A stretch of 48,464 nucleotides of DNA from an uncultured Candidatus Saccharibacteria bacterium (GCA_964623505.1 CAZUSP010000002.1:1-48464); one strand, 5' to 3'. Positions 26,095-36,641 are shown, numbered from the stretch's first letter. The notes: a model not told the origin generated them from the letters alone. Numbers and translations are program-made.

Positions 26095-27951
26095 TTAAGA
26101 AGAAGATGAATTATCTCCCGGTTTCTTTTCTTGATCGCTTTTGCTTTGATTCTGCTGATAGATCTGAGCCCCGATTTTCTGCAACAACTGCTGGAGCGAA
26201 TCCATTTTTTGCCTGATATCATTTATGTTCTCACCGTTCTTGGACTGTTCTAATTCGGTCAGGCCTTTTTCCAGAGCCTCTTTATCTTCAGCCGATATCT
26301 TTTCTTTCAGATCCTGGATAGTTTTACGACCACTATAAATCACGGCATCGGCCTGGTTCTTTGTTTCGGCCATCTGCCTTATCTGATCGTCTTGTTCAGC
26401 ATAATCTTGTTCTTCTTTTTTCATTCTCTCTATCTCTTCCTTGGATACGCTCGCCGATCCCTCAAGACGAATAGATTGTTCTTTATTTGTTCCTTTATCT
26501 CGAGCCGAGACATTTAAAATTCCATTGACATCTATGTCGAATGAAACCTCTATCTGGGGCACTCCTCGAGGAGCTGGCGGAAGGCCATCTAAAATGAACC
26601 GGCCAAGACTTCGATTGTCTTTGGCCATCGCCCTTTCTCCCTGCAAAACATTTATCTCGACCGATGTTTGACTGTCAGCCGCCGTCGAAAAAATCTGAAT
26701 CTTCTTTATCGGCACAGTGGTGTTTTTATCTATTAATTTGGTCATAACCCCGCCCATGGTCTCAAGTCCCAGAGAAAGAGGAACCACATCGAGCAAAAGA
26801 ACGTCTTTCATCTCTCCCTGAAGAATTCCCCCCTGAACGGCTGCGCCGATAGCCACCACCTCATCGGGATTGATCGACCTATTCGGATCGCGATCAAACA
26901 TCTTTTTTATCTCTTCTTGTATCTTCGGCATCCTGGTCTGGCCGCCGACCAAAACCACCTCTTCTATTTCTTTTGGCTCTAGTTGCGCATCTTTTAAAAC
27001 ATTTCTGGTCAATTCCAAAGACCGATCAATATATTCAGAAACCATCTCTTCCAAAGTAGATCGGTTCAGAGAGTATAAGAGATGCTTTGGTCCCTCATCG
27101 CTGGAAGTTATGAATGGTAAATTTATCTCGGTTTCCAAGGTTGTGGAAAGCTCAATCTTGGCTTTTTCGGACGCATCTTTTATTCTTTGCAGAGCCAATG
27201 AATCCTTGGAAAGATCAATTCCCTCGTCTTGCCGGAAACGATCAATTACCCAGCCGATTATCTTTTGATCAAAATCATTCCCGCCCAAATGAGTATCCCC
27301 TCCGGTGGCTTTAACCTCGATGGTATCTTCGTTGATATCTAAAACCGATACATCAAAAGTTCCACCGCCAAAATCGTAAACCAGTATCTGCTCGTCTTTT
27401 CTCTTGGTCAATCCGTAGGCCAGGGCGGCCGCCGTCGGCTCGTTGATCACTCGACGCACCTTGAGACCGGCAATTTCACCGGCGGCCTTAGTTTCTTGGC
27501 GCTGATCATCGTTGAAGTAGGCCGGACAAGTAATCACGGCTTCGTTAATCGGCGAGCCGATCTTCGTCTCGGCATCTTTTTTCAGCTTTTCCAGGATCAT
27601 GGCCGAAATCTGAACTGGCTTGTACCATTTGTCACCCATTTTTACCTCAATACGATCATCCGAGGTCTGACGAATCTTGAATGGAGATCTTTTGATGTCT
27701 TCTTGTATGGCTGAATCAGAAAAGTTTCGGCCAATCAGTCTTTTGGTACTAAAAATAGTATTTCCGGGATTGGTCACGATCTGCCGCTGTGCCAAGACAC
27801 CGACCAGTCTCTCCCCTTTTTTATTCACCGCCACCACCGAGGGCACTGTTCGGGCCCCTTCTTTGCTCTCAATTATTTTTGGCTCTCCGGCCTCAATCGT
27901 AGCCATGGCCGAGAACGTCGTGCCAAGATCAATTCCTAATATTTTAGACAT
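26095..27951 (-). CDS. dnaK: chaperone DnaK (Hsp70)
   Basis: [27 protein letters not shown] motifs. 618 aa. Confidence 0.96.
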   Translation of the reverse strand: MSKILGIDLGTTFSAMATIEAGEPKIIESKEGARTVPSVVAVNKKGERLVGVLAQRQIVTNPGNTIFSTKRLIGRNFSDSAIQEDIKRSPFKIRQTSDDRIEVKMGDKWYKPVQISAMILEKLKKDAETKIGSPINEAVITCPAYFNDDQRQETKAAGEIAGLKVRRVINEPTAAALAYGLTKRKDEQILVYDFGGGTFDVSVLDINEDTIEVKATGGDTHLGGNDFDQKIIGWVIDRFRQDEGIDLSKDSLALQRIKDASEKAKIELSTTLETEINLPFITSSDEGPKHLLYSLNRSTLEEMVSEYIDRSLELTRNVLKDAQLEPKEIEEVVLVGGQTRMPKIQEEIKKMFDRDPNRSINPDEVVAIGAAVQGGILQGEMKDVLLLDVVPLSLGLETMGGVMTKLIDKNTTVPIKKIQIFSTAADSQTSVEINVLQGERAMAKDNRSLGRFILDGLPPAPRGVPQIEVSFDIDVNGILNVSARDKGTNKEQSIRLEGSASVSKEEIERMKKEEQDYAEQDDQIRQMAETKNQADAVIYSGRKTIQDLKEKISAEDKEALEKGLTELEQSKNGENINDIRQKMDSLQQLLQKIGAQIYQQNQSKSDQEKKPGDNSSSS

Positions 27952-27967
27952 AGTTTCGATAAAATGT

Positions 27968-28465
27968 TTAATTCTTATTTTTGCCCGCCACCTTAACTTT
28001 AGCCGGTCTTAATAATTTTTGATGCAATAAATAACCAGGTAAAACCTCTTCAATTATATAACCCTCTTCATTCCCCTCCTGAACAACTACTTCGACGGCT
28101 TCGTGCTTCTCTGGATCAAATTCCTGGTTGGTAGTTTCTATTTGAGCAACTCCCCAGCGATCCATTAAAGCAAATAATTTTTTCCTTACTTCAACCGCTC
28201 CCTGATGTAACAGCTGTTCCTTTTCTTTTTTTGCCTCAACGATAAAACGATCTAGGTTATCCAGAATATCCAATAAACCAAGAATCATTTCTCGATTTGA
28301 TCTTTGGGCCAGATCAGTGATTCGATCTTTTTCATCTTTCTTATAATTTAGCAGTTCGGCCCTAGCTCTCTGCCATCCCTCCAGGTATTCATCTCTCTCT
28401 TTCTTATAAATTTCTAACTCTTTTCGAAAATTGATGTATTTTTTATCTGATTTTTCTTTAGACAT
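27968..28465 (-). CDS. grpE: nucleotide exchange factor GrpE
   Basis: 165 aa. RARAELLNYKK, FDPEKHEAV, and position upstream of dnaK. Confidence 0.88.
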   Translation of the reverse strand: MSKEKSDKKYINFRKELEIYKKERDEYLEGWQRARAELLNYKKDEKDRITDLAQRSNREMILGLLDILDNLDRFIVEAKKEKEQLLHQGAVEVRKKLFALMDRWGVAQIETTNQEFDPEKHEAVEVVVQEGNEEGYIIEEVLPGYLLHQKLLRPAKVKVAGKNKN

Positions 28466-28486
28466 ATTGACTTAAAATATGAATGG

Positions 28487-28515
28487 ATGATAACACAAGT
28501 TTGCCTCTGTGTCAA
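28487..28515 (-). promoter_or_regulatory. candidate sigma70-type promoter of grpE-dnaK-dnaJ
   Basis: The minus strand reads TTGACA (28515-28510), 17-nt spacer, TATCAT (28492-28487), about 20 nt upstream of the grpE ATG. Confidence 0.5.
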
Positions 28516-28525
28516 TTTAGAGAAA

Positions 28526-29302
28526 TTAGCGATTTTGTTCAACATAATAAACCCTTTCCTGGTGCCCGCCCACGTCTACATACCTTAATCGGGCAATATC
28601 GGCCATCTCTCTAGTTTGCAAAAAAAGACCCAGCCGAAAAAGTTGCCCCGACGTCTCCATTGAGCGATCAAGATAGATGCTCCACTCTGCTCCACCCTCA
28701 TCAGGATTTTCCATTATTATCTCTACCTTGGCTCCATTGATCTTGATTGCTTTTAAAGTCAGTGATGGAAATATCGCCAACTTTTCTTTTATATCGCCAA
28801 ACATGATAAATAAATTCGCTCCAATTTGTTCTTTATCGATCAAGGACAATAATACTTTGGTTGTTGCTTCCGGACAAGAATCGATAGATTCCAGAAAATT
28901 ACCATCCTGGTCAAAGAGCCAGGGTTCTAAGTTGGATTGCAAACAATAATAAGGTTCTTTTTCGGTTAATGAAACAACCAGAGTGTTCGGCCACCGACGA
29001 AATATTCTAATTGAATCAATATAGGGAAAATGCTTTTTGATCTGTTCGGCCGCTATTCCTATCGGTCCAACCAGGCTTTTGACGGTTCGACTACTCAAAT
29101 AGGACAAAGATGTTTCCCGAAGTTGATCTAACGACACTCTTTGATTCCCTTCAATGACTAAATTATTAAAACGAAAAACCGGAGAAAAGATCAAAATATA
29201 AGTTGTCAACAAGATGAAAATGAAAATCAAAACACTCCAACGAAACCATTTCTGGGCGTAAAAAACCTTTCTGGTTTTGAATTTCTTCCCTGCTCCATTC
29301 AT
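28526..29302 (-). CDS. ftsQ: cell division protein FtsQ/DivIB-like (POTRA domain)
   Basis: N-terminal TM, then IEGNQRVSLDQL...WPNTLVVSLTEKEP, a POTRA/FtsQ pattern. Confidence 0.75.
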   Translation of the reverse strand: MNGAGKKFKTRKVFYAQKWFRWSVLIFIFILLTTYILIFSPVFRFNNLVIEGNQRVSLDQLRETSLSYLSSRTVKSLVGPIGIAAEQIKKHFPYIDSIRIFRRWPNTLVVSLTEKEPYYCLQSNLEPWLFDQDGNFLESIDSCPEATTKVLLSLIDKEQIGANLFIMFGDIKEKLAIFPSLTLKAIKINGAKVEIIMENPDEGGAEWSIYLDRSMETSGQLFRLGLFLQTREMADIARLRYVDVGGHQERVYYVEQNR

Positions 29303-30366
29303 ATTTTTCTTTTACGACGACGCTGCTTTTCTAAAAAATAATTAAAGTAATAGGGCCACCGGAAGGCCAGATCATAGCCTGGGCAATAATCAAATCTTTC
29401 GCCCCCAAAGCCCTTTTTGAACAAACTTAATCCATAATAAGCATGAGACGGATCATCCTTTTTGGCAATACCCCAAAAATTATAGGTATGGCAGCCTCTC
29501 TTCTTTGCTTCTTGAATGGCGGCCCATTGAAGCCGGTACGAGGCCGGTGCTTCTTTGGGCTGCCTATCAGCCGAAGCCCCTTGATAATAGTGGCCGATTC
29601 CTTGGTAGAAAACAATAATAACCGAAGCCAGAAGCTGCTTTCGATAATAGGCCGTTATGACTGCGGCTTGGTTATTTGATCCGAGAATCTCTAATTCCTT
29701 CTCCAAATAATTCCGAGAAAAGGCTTGAAAGTTATGGCGGTTAACTGTTTTTTCGTAAAGCTGCAAGAAGGGGTCGAGATCGGAAAGATCGTTTCCGATT
29801 CTAACCGTTAAATCCTTGTTTTCCAACCCTTTCCTGACCAGATAACGAGTGGTTTTTCTCATACCCCTCATTAGTTCCTCATCGCTAACATCTATCCGCC
29901 GACACCAGGTCACATCTGGAGTAATAAATATTGGGGCTTTGATTAATCCTTTTTTCTTGAAAAAAGCACGATCTTGATCGTTATCCGGCCAAGCTGGAGA
30001 AATTCTCAAAAAAACCAGATGATTGTTCGATCTTGCTTTTCCCTTCAGGTGATCAATGATCAGGCTTGTTATTTCGGCTTTGAAGCATTCGTGTCGATCA
30101 GAAATCAGCGGTCCGTGAGGAATGAAAAGGAACTTCCAGTTAAGATTGAATTTTTTTATCAATGGCATTTCAGCCACCAAGGCGCCGCCAATCAATTCTT
30201 GTTGCTTGAAAACTCCTATTAAGTCGACTTTCTGCCCCAACGACTGTCGCCATTCTTGAGAGGACCAAGATTGCATAAAGGTCTTGTGCCGACAGCTAGC
30301 ATTAAGCCGCTCCCACTGATCCTTATCGGAGATTGTTGAAACTTTAAACATTTGATGATGAAACAT
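29299..30366 (-). CDS. FemAB-family peptidoglycan interpeptide-bridge aminoacyltransferase
   Basis: 355 aa. FMQSW..W, YYQGAS...APASYRLQWAAIQEAKKRGCHTYNFWGI. Confidence 0.8.
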   Translation of the reverse strand: MFHHQMFKVSTISDKDQWERLNASCRHKTFMQSWSSQEWRQSLGQKVDLIGVFKQQELIGGALVAEMPLIKKFNLNWKFLFIPHGPLISDRHECFKAEITSLIIDHLKGKARSNNHLVFLRISPAWPDNDQDRAFFKKKGLIKAPIFITPDVTWCRRIDVSDEELMRGMRKTTRYLVRKGLENKDLTVRIGNDLSDLDPFLQLYEKTVNRHNFQAFSRNYLEKELEILGSNNQAAVITAYYRKQLLASVIIVFYQGIGHYYQGASADRQPKEAPASYRLQWAAIQEAKKRGCHTYNFWGIAKKDDPSHAYYGLSLFKKGFGGERFDYCPGYDLAFRWPYYFNYFLEKQRRRKRKI

Positions 30367-31090
30367 TCTGCTCGACCTCTTTTAATTTCTGATGATAAAG
30401 GCAGTGCTCACAATCTTTATCGGCTTCGGGCAAAGCTGATCCTTTTAAACAAAGATACAGTTCTTTGATCTTTTTTTCAATCCAAGAATCTTCCCCTTGG
30501 TAAGGAATCAGTTCAACCTTAAACTCCAGCCGACCATCAAAAGTTTGGCGATCTTTTTCGCCGTTAGCATAAACAAAATAACCAACCGGAGAAACCTTGA
30601 ACCCATTCTGCCTCAAAAGCCATTGATACATCTCGATCTGTCTTTTGTACGGTTCTCGATATTTACTGTCCAAGGTAATCGGCTCACTGGTACTGGTAGC
30701 TTTATAATCCACCACGATCAAACTGCCGTCTTCATCTTCCCAGATATCGTCAACCGCACCATAAATTATTAAATTTGTCGGCAGATGATGCCAGCGAACC
30801 CCCTTGAAGTTCTTTCTCCACTCGTCCATCATTGGATGCTGAAAAGGTACGGCCTTGAGGCCATAGGTTTTCATCAAAGGATGAGGTTCACCCTTGGCCC
30901 GACAAGCATCGAACTCCTTCTTTAAAAGAGTATCGACCGCTACATTTAAAGGAAAACCCGGCCAAGATGGACGGCTAATGCCCAATCTTTCTTGAAGATA
31001 AAAACAACGTGGACACTGCAAGAAAAGTTCAACCCGAGTTCGACTTAAGGGATAAGGGCTTGAAGATGCGGCCTGAAAAGTTCTTTTCAT
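30344..31090 (-). CDS. PD-(D/E)XK nuclease, Cas4/RecB-like with Cys cluster
   Basis: N-terminal CPRC, GAVDDIW...LIVVDYKAT (D..D/ExK), QIEMYQWLL (QxxxY), C-terminal DCEHC. Confidence 0.7.
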   Translation of the reverse strand: MKRTFQAASSSPYPLSRTRVELFLQCPRCFYLQERLGISRPSWPGFPLNVAVDTLLKKEFDACRAKGEPHPLMKTYGLKAVPFQHPMMDEWRKNFKGVRWHHLPTNLIIYGAVDDIWEDEDGSLIVVDYKATSTSEPITLDSKYREPYKRQIEMYQWLLRQNGFKVSPVGYFVYANGEKDRQTFDGRLEFKVELIPYQGEDSWIEKKIKELYLCLKGSALPEADKDCEHCLYHQKLKEVEQNVSSSNV

Positions 31091-31290
31091 TTTTTAAACT
31101 TTTGATTAATCTTTTCAATCTCAATTTCGGCCGACTTGATCCGACTTCGGCAAACATCAATTAAAATATAAGCCCTCTTGAGCCTTTCGGCCAGACGATC
31201 AATATCAACATTTTCCGAATTTAGTTCCAGCAATATTTTTTCCAGCTCTTTTAAAGCGGCCTGATATGACACTTCACTATTTTTAACCAT
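31087..31290 (-). CDS. xseB: exodeoxyribonuclease VII small subunit
   Basis: 67 aa. SYQAALKELEKILLELNSENVDIDRL..., adjacent to xseA. Confidence 0.85.
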   Translation of the reverse strand: MVKNSEVSYQAALKELEKILLELNSENVDIDRLAERLKRAYILIDVCRSRIKSAEIEIEKINQKFKK

Positions 31291-32548
31291 TTTTCTTAAT
31301 GTTAATTTTCTGAACTATGCTTTTGATCTCACCATCAGAAAGAACAGTTGTTAGATCGTCTTCGCGCGCCAGACAACGAGCAGTCCGAAGGACCCTGCCC
31401 TTAAAAAGAGTAATGCTGAATCCCCTCTTAATTATATTACCTGGGTCAAGTAGAGCCAATTTCTCCTGAAGAAAATCCATCCGACCAACATGCCTTTTCA
31501 ATAAATATTGAACCCGTTCCAGGTATCTTGTCGGCCAAGACTCAACCCAGCTTTTCTGGCTCTGAATAATATGGTCGGACTTGTTTTTAATAAGCCCCAA
31601 AATGGATTGCGTCTTTTGCCCGGCCATTTTTAGGACATGGAGACTCGTTTGATTAATTTCTCGACTTAATTGTCCCAACTCCATCGAAAATCTTTTCACT
31701 CTTTCCACAATGAATTCGGCCGTAGCCGTTGGAGTGGCTAAATGCTGATAGGCAACCATGTCAGCCACGCTGATATTGGTAAAATGGCCAATGCCAGTTA
31801 AAACTGGTTTCGGAAAATGAGCTATTTTCTCGGCGATCAAACGGTTATCAAACCAGCTTAAATCAGTGCTTGATCCACCGCCGCGCACCAAGACTAAAAC
31901 ATCTATTTGATCTTTGTTTCGATTAAAATAATCAAGGCCAGCGACGACTTCTTTCTCAGTGCGAGGACCTTGGACCGAAGAAAACCAGAAATGTATCTTA
32001 AATTTGAATTCGCTTTGTTCCAGCTTGGAAATAAAGTCATGGTAGCCCTCGCCTTCGTTGGTAATCAAGCCAATACTTAATGGCACTGGCGTGAGTTGAA
32101 GTTGCCTGTTCTTTTTAATAAGGTTTTTTTTGATAAGCCAATCGACTATTTCCTGGCGACCCTGGGCCAACTTGCCCAAGGTGAAACTTGGGTCAATATC
32201 TTGAATAACCAGAGAATAAATTCCATAACGAACGCTAACCGAAAGACGAACTCGAAAACGAACACCCAATCCATCCATGCCGGCAACTTTCATGCCGGCT
32301 TCTTTCATTCTCAATCTTATAATTTGTTTCTGTGGTTGATAAAGAACACATTTAATAGAAGAAACATTTTCGTTTTTGCTCTTGCTTTTCTCTGATAACT
32401 GAAAATAGATGTTATCTTTCTCTTTATTCTTGTCAAAATCACTAATCTCACCCTGCACCCAGACCGGATAAGGACAAGATCCTTCAATAATTCCCTTTAT
32501 GACCCGATTGATCTCTTCCACTCGATATGTCTTGTTTGAGTTATTCAT
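31283..32548 (-). CDS. xseA: exodeoxyribonuclease VII large subunit
   Basis: VWVQGEISDF OB fold, LVRGGGS, GIGH motifs. 421 aa. Confidence 0.88.
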   Translation of the reverse strand: MNNSNKTYRVEEINRVIKGIIEGSCPYPVWVQGEISDFDKNKEKDNIYFQLSEKSKSKNENVSSIKCVLYQPQKQIIRLRMKEAGMKVAGMDGLGVRFRVRLSVSVRYGIYSLVIQDIDPSFTLGKLAQGRQEIVDWLIKKNLIKKNRQLQLTPVPLSIGLITNEGEGYHDFISKLEQSEFKFKIHFWFSSVQGPRTEKEVVAGLDYFNRNKDQIDVLVLVRGGGSSTDLSWFDNRLIAEKIAHFPKPVLTGIGHFTNISVADMVAYQHLATPTATAEFIVERVKRFSMELGQLSREINQTSLHVLKMAGQKTQSILGLIKNKSDHIIQSQKSWVESWPTRYLERVQYLLKRHVGRMDFLQEKLALLDPGNIIKRGFSITLFKGRVLRTARCLAREDDLTTVLSDGEIKSIVQKINIKKNG

Positions 32549-33758
32549 GATAATAGCGGCCAGGATTAATCTCTTTCGGGAAATTGCTTTCCCCCTTATC
32601 TTTTATTTTTCCATAACCGATCCTTTTCATCAGTTTTGTCACCGGATTGCGAAGATGCATCGGCACCCCAAAAGAACCTTTCCGAGCATCTTGTTTGGCT
32701 TGCATCAGGGCTTCGTAGGAAGACCTGCTTTTCGGAGCTTTAGCCAAATAGGTGGTGGCTTGAGCCAAGTTTATTTGAGCTTCAGGAAATCCGACAAAAT
32801 TAATCACCTGAATCAGGGCCCCGGCCAAAATAATCGCCTGAGGATCAGAATTGCCAACATCTTCTGAGGCAAAAATAGCTAACCGCCGAGCAATGAATTT
32901 TGGATCTTCTCCTGACTCCACCATCCGGGCCAGCCAATAAAGAGCGGCGTCAACATCAGAATCTCTAAGGCACTTGATATAGGCCGAGATTAAATTATAG
33001 TGTTCTTCCCCTTTTTTATCATACCTCAAAGCATGATGCTTCAATATCTCGACCAAAGATTTATAGGTGATCAGATCACGACCGTGATCTTTAAAATAAT
33101 AAGCGGCGAATTCTAGGTTATTCAAGGCCACCCTGGCATCGCCGTCTGCCAAAGCAACAAGATGATCTCGAGCTCTGGGTTCAATCTTTAAATTCATTTG
33201 GCCAAGACCACGCTCCCCGTCCTTTATAGCTCGATTGATTATCTTGACCAGCGTGTCGCTAGAAAGAGGTTTTAAGATGTAAACCGCCGATCGAGACAGC
33301 AATGGGGATATAACTTCAAAAGAAGGATTTTCCGTCGTGGCCCCAATTAGGTTGATGACTCCCCTTTCCACCCAAGGAAGCAAAATATCTTGCTGGGCTT
33401 TATTGAACCTGTGTATCTCGTCAATAAAAACAACGGTACTCCGATCCTGCAACTTCTTTCTTTCTTGAGCTTGCTCAATGGCCTTTCTAATATTATCAAC
33501 TCCGGTGGAAACAGCCGAGAACTCGTCAAAATAAGCCTTGACCTTTCTGGAGATTATATAGGCCAGAGTGGTTTTGCCCGAACCAGGCGGACCCCATAAG
33601 ATCAGGGACATTAAATGCCCCTCCTCAATGCTTTGCCTAAGCGGACTGTTTGGGCCGACTATTTCTTCTTGGCCAAAAAAATCCTCGAATCTCCCCGGTC
33701 TCATCCTTTCAGCCAAGGGAGAATCCCGCTCTAAGCGATCTGAAAATAGATCAATCAT
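32541..33758 (-). CDS. rarA: replication-associated recombination protein A (AAA+ ATPase RarA/MgsA)
   Basis: LILWGPPGSGKTTLA, VVFIDEIHRFNKAQQD, GATTENPSFE, and a C-terminal MgsA domain (ISAYIKCLRDSDVDAALYWLARM). Confidence 0.9.
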   Translation of the reverse strand: MIDLFSDRLERDSPLAERMRPGRFEDFFGQEEIVGPNSPLRQSIEEGHLMSLILWGPPGSGKTTLAYIISRKVKAYFDEFSAVSTGVDNIRKAIEQAQERKKLQDRSTVVFIDEIHRFNKAQQDILLPWVERGVINLIGATTENPSFEVISPLLSRSAVYILKPLSSDTLVKIINRAIKDGERGLGQMNLKIEPRARDHLVALADGDARVALNNLEFAAYYFKDHGRDLITYKSLVEILKHHALRYDKKGEEHYNLISAYIKCLRDSDVDAALYWLARMVESGEDPKFIARRLAIFASEDVGNSDPQAIILAGALIQVINFVGFPEAQINLAQATTYLAKAPKSRSSYEALMQAKQDARKGSFGVPMHLRNPVTKLMKRIGYGKIKDKGESNFPKEINPGRYYHE

Positions 33759-33788
33759 TAGTTCATTCTACTCGATTGAGGATGGAAA

Positions 33789-35051
33789 TCAAAGAGAATA
33801 AAAGTATTGCTTGATAACCTTGGTCATCCTTTCGGCATCGCTTAAATTGATGTTGATATGTGTTGGCAGGTTGACCAATCTTTGACAGATATCTTCCGCT
33901 GTCGGGCAGTCTCCAACCAGATATTTCATCGCCGTTAAGCAGGTGTCAGCTGGCACGATCGGACTTCCTCTCCAGCCATCGTAAAGATATATTTTTTCAG
34001 CACGCATTCGATGTATAAATTTATCAGCCATGTCTTTATCGGGCAAAATAACGGGAAACTTTAAATAAACTCTTTCACTGTTGAAGCTGGGCAAAGACAA
34101 GGGCAGATCGCTTAGCTCATGGCGGTAAAAATCAGCTATTTCCTGGCGATGAAGGTTAAACTTGTCCAGCTTTAGAAACTGATTCAGAGCCAGAGCCGCC
34201 ATTGCTTCGGGCATTGCTTTGGCTGGGCGAAACTGGCCTCTTTTTTCTTCCCGAGTCATTGATTTTGAAAGCCAGCCCGTTTTTTGCAAAAACAGCAACA
34301 TCTTGCGTCCTATCTCTCCGTAGCCATAGAGGGGTTTAATCCATTTTTCAACCAATAATGGATGTTTTAATTGTTGCCGAATCCATTTTTTGGACGGAAG
34401 AGTGGTATTTTTTCTAAATCTTTTCATTGTCTTAACCAAATTCTGGTCGTTCAAAACAGCCAATCCTCCAAAAACCGACGAGATGATCTTGTCTCGTCCA
34501 AAACTAAAGAATGAGGCCTGGCCCCAAGATCCCGTCAATTTTCCCCGCCAACTAGCCCCCAGACTATGGGCACAGTCTTCTATGATTAAAAGTTCATTTT
34601 CTTGAGAAATTCTGGAAATAAAATCCATGTCCAGCGGCAGACCAAAGGTATGTTGAGCCAAAACTACTTTTACGCCAGGCCTAATTTTTGAAACAAGATC
34701 TTCTTGATTAATGTTAAGGCTTTGATCGATGTCAACAAAAACAGGCTTTAAACCGGCCCAGATTAATGGGTTCACCGCCGCGGCGCAAGTAAATCCCGGA
34801 ACCATTACCCCTGCCCCTTTGGGTAAATTAAAGCTCTGAACGATGCGATATAATGCCGAACGACCACTATCAAAAGCAAACACCTCTTTGGCCCCCAAAT
34901 AATCTTTAAAACAATCAATTAATTGCTCCACGCAATGATCACCCTCGTGATTCGAGGGATTATTAAAAAGATCTTGAGCCAAAACAAAATCATCTGGCTC
35001 GGTGTTTGACGACAGTGCTAAAAAAATCGGCTTAATCATGAAAATAATCAA
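33789..35051 (-). CDS. DegT/DnrJ/EryC1/StrS-family PLP-dependent aminotransferase
   Basis: FDSGRSALY, IIEDCAHSLGA, SFFSFGRDKIIS (PLP Lys). 420 aa. Confidence 0.8.
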   Translation of the reverse strand: MIIFMIKPIFLALSSNTEPDDFVLAQDLFNNPSNHEGDHCVEQLIDCFKDYLGAKEVFAFDSGRSALYRIVQSFNLPKGAGVMVPGFTCAAAVNPLIWAGLKPVFVDIDQSLNINQEDLVSKIRPGVKVVLAQHTFGLPLDMDFISRISQENELLIIEDCAHSLGASWRGKLTGSWGQASFFSFGRDKIISSVFGGLAVLNDQNLVKTMKRFRKNTTLPSKKWIRQQLKHPLLVEKWIKPLYGYGEIGRKMLLFLQKTGWLSKSMTREEKRGQFRPAKAMPEAMAALALNQFLKLDKFNLHRQEIADFYRHELSDLPLSLPSFNSERVYLKFPVILPDKDMADKFIHRMRAEKIYLYDGWRGSPIVPADTCLTAMKYLVGDCPTAEDICQRLVNLPTHININLSDAERMTKVIKQYFYSL

Positions 35052-36630
35052 TTATTTCCCGATGTATCCTTCCCTCCAGAAGAATGACATCGTTCGGACC
35101 TTTAAATTCTTGAATGGCTTGAATTGTTTGGCCTGATTTAGGCAAAAACCTAATCTTGGCCCGCCCCTTGACGCTAACCACCCCTTTCTTAACCTGATCG
35201 AGACAGTGGTTCCTGGTGAAAATGGCCAGATCACAATTCCGGCCAATGGATTGACCGATTTTATAATAGGCCCGTTCGGTCTCTTCCCCCAACTCGATAA
35301 ATCCAAAAGAAATAATCGCCTTCTTTCCGGACCATAGATTTAAATGATCAATATGGGCGATGGCCCCATCGGGATTGCTGGAATAGGTGGTGTTAATGAC
35401 GGTGGCTTTCTTGTGTTTCAATAATTTCGCTCCACCAAAAGGAGTTGACAGGGTTGAAGCAAATTTAATTATTTCTTGCGAGCTTACACCCAAAGACATG
35501 GCGGCTGAAGCCGCCAGGGCGATATTGATTGCATTTTGGCGGCCAACAAGATTAGCTTTTAGCTCTAGAGTTTTTTGGCCGACCAGCCGGAAGCTGATGT
35601 TTTTTTGTCCAACTTTCACTTCTTCAATTCGCCAATCCAGGTCTGGCCCGGAAGTGCCAACAATGATCTTTTTTGGCTTGGTGCCAAGATAAAGTTCTCG
35701 ACATTTGGCATTGTCTCCGTTGAAAATACTTAACCCGTCTTTGGGCAAAGATTCAATCAGTTCGTATTCAGCCCTGACAATATTTTCAATTGAGCCGAAT
35801 AAAGACAAGTGTTGAGCGTTCAAACCGGTCAAGATGCCCACTCTTGGTTGAATCAAGGCCGCGACCCGCTTGATCTCATTCCGACAATAGGCCCCCGCCT
35901 CACAAACAAAAAAAAGATGATCGGGCCTTAATTGATTCAAGATGGTTTTAACAACTCCCATCTCAGTATTGTTATTGTCCGGTGTTTTAATTACCTTGTC
36001 AGTCCCATATTTACAAGACAAAAAATGATACAAAAAATCTTTGACCGACGTCTTCCCGTAAGAACCAGTGACGCCAATAACCATTAATTTATCAATTTTT
36101 TGCCGATAATTTGACGCTTTTGAGATCAAACGACGTTTGACAAAACCAACCGGCACCTCCATGGCCCTAAAAGCGATCAAAACAATTATTGGGAAAAAGA
36201 CAACCACTGACAGTATCACTGCCGGCAAATGAAAAGAAAAGAAAAAATAGCCGATGATCTTTAGAAGAACTAATCCCAAAAAAGCAGCCAGAAAAAACAA
36301 TTTTGTCTTTTTTGTGACCCGAGGATGTATCCATCGGCCCATGATCAAAGAGACCAAGGAATAACCGCCCCAAAAGATAAAATTAACCGCAGCCAGCACC
36401 ATGAACCAGGTCCGGGGAAACAAAAAGAAAGACACCAACACTGGAGCCGAGGTTAAAGAAGCTACGGGAAAAAGTATCTTTTTGTTTATTTTGAATTCGC
36501 TCCAAAGGCGATCCCATCGATACTGCTTTTTCTGCCAAAGATAAAGATAAACTAATATCTGGCGGGTAAAATGAGCCAACCAAAAACAAAGAAAAAGTAA
36601 TAAATATTGATCGCGACCAAGGTAGATCAT
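35032..36630 (-). CDS. murF: MurF-like Mur ligase with an N-terminal polytopic membrane domain
   Basis: About 170 aa of hydrophobic helices precede VIGVTGSYGKTSVKDF. Also NNNTEMGV (MurF NNxIG box), CEAGA, LTGLNAQHL, IFNGDN, NTTYSSNP. Confidence 0.75.
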   Translation of the reverse strand: MIYLGRDQYLLLFLCFWLAHFTRQILVYLYLWQKKQYRWDRLWSEFKINKKILFPVASLTSAPVLVSFFLFPRTWFMVLAAVNFIFWGGYSLVSLIMGRWIHPRVTKKTKLFFLAAFLGLVLLKIIGYFFFSFHLPAVILSVVVFFPIIVLIAFRAMEVPVGFVKRRLISKASNYRQKIDKLMVIGVTGSYGKTSVKDFLYHFLSCKYGTDKVIKTPDNNNTEMGVVKTILNQLRPDHLFFVCEAGAYCRNEIKRVAALIQPRVGILTGLNAQHLSLFGSIENIVRAEYELIESLPKDGLSIFNGDNAKCRELYLGTKPKKIIVGTSGPDLDWRIEEVKVGQKNISFRLVGQKTLELKANLVGRQNAINIALAASAAMSLGVSSQEIIKFASTLSTPFGGAKLLKHKKATVINTTYSSNPDGAIAHIDHLNLWSGKKAIISFGFIELGEETERAYYKIGQSIGRNCDLAIFTRNHCLDQVKKGVVSVKGRAKIRFLPKSGQTIQAIQEFKGPNDVILLEGRIHREIIDYFHD

Positions 36631-36641
36631 TCCGGTAAAGA

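Noticed and set aside
24018-27714. Numerous 60-135-aa antisense ORFs inside ctp, dnaJ and dnaK (e.g. 24317..24721, 25400..25768, 26870..27268).
   Set aside because: They lie opposite strongly conserved long genes and have low-complexity translations with no independent start or RBS context. They are typical shadow ORFs.
28466-28525. Looked for a CIRCE/HrcA operator (TTAGCACTC-N9-GAGTGCTAA) upstream of grpE-dnaK-dnaJ.
   Set aside because: No match was found. Only a weak 5-bp inverted repeat (acaca/tgtgt) lies between the -35 and -10 hexamers, which is too short to call.
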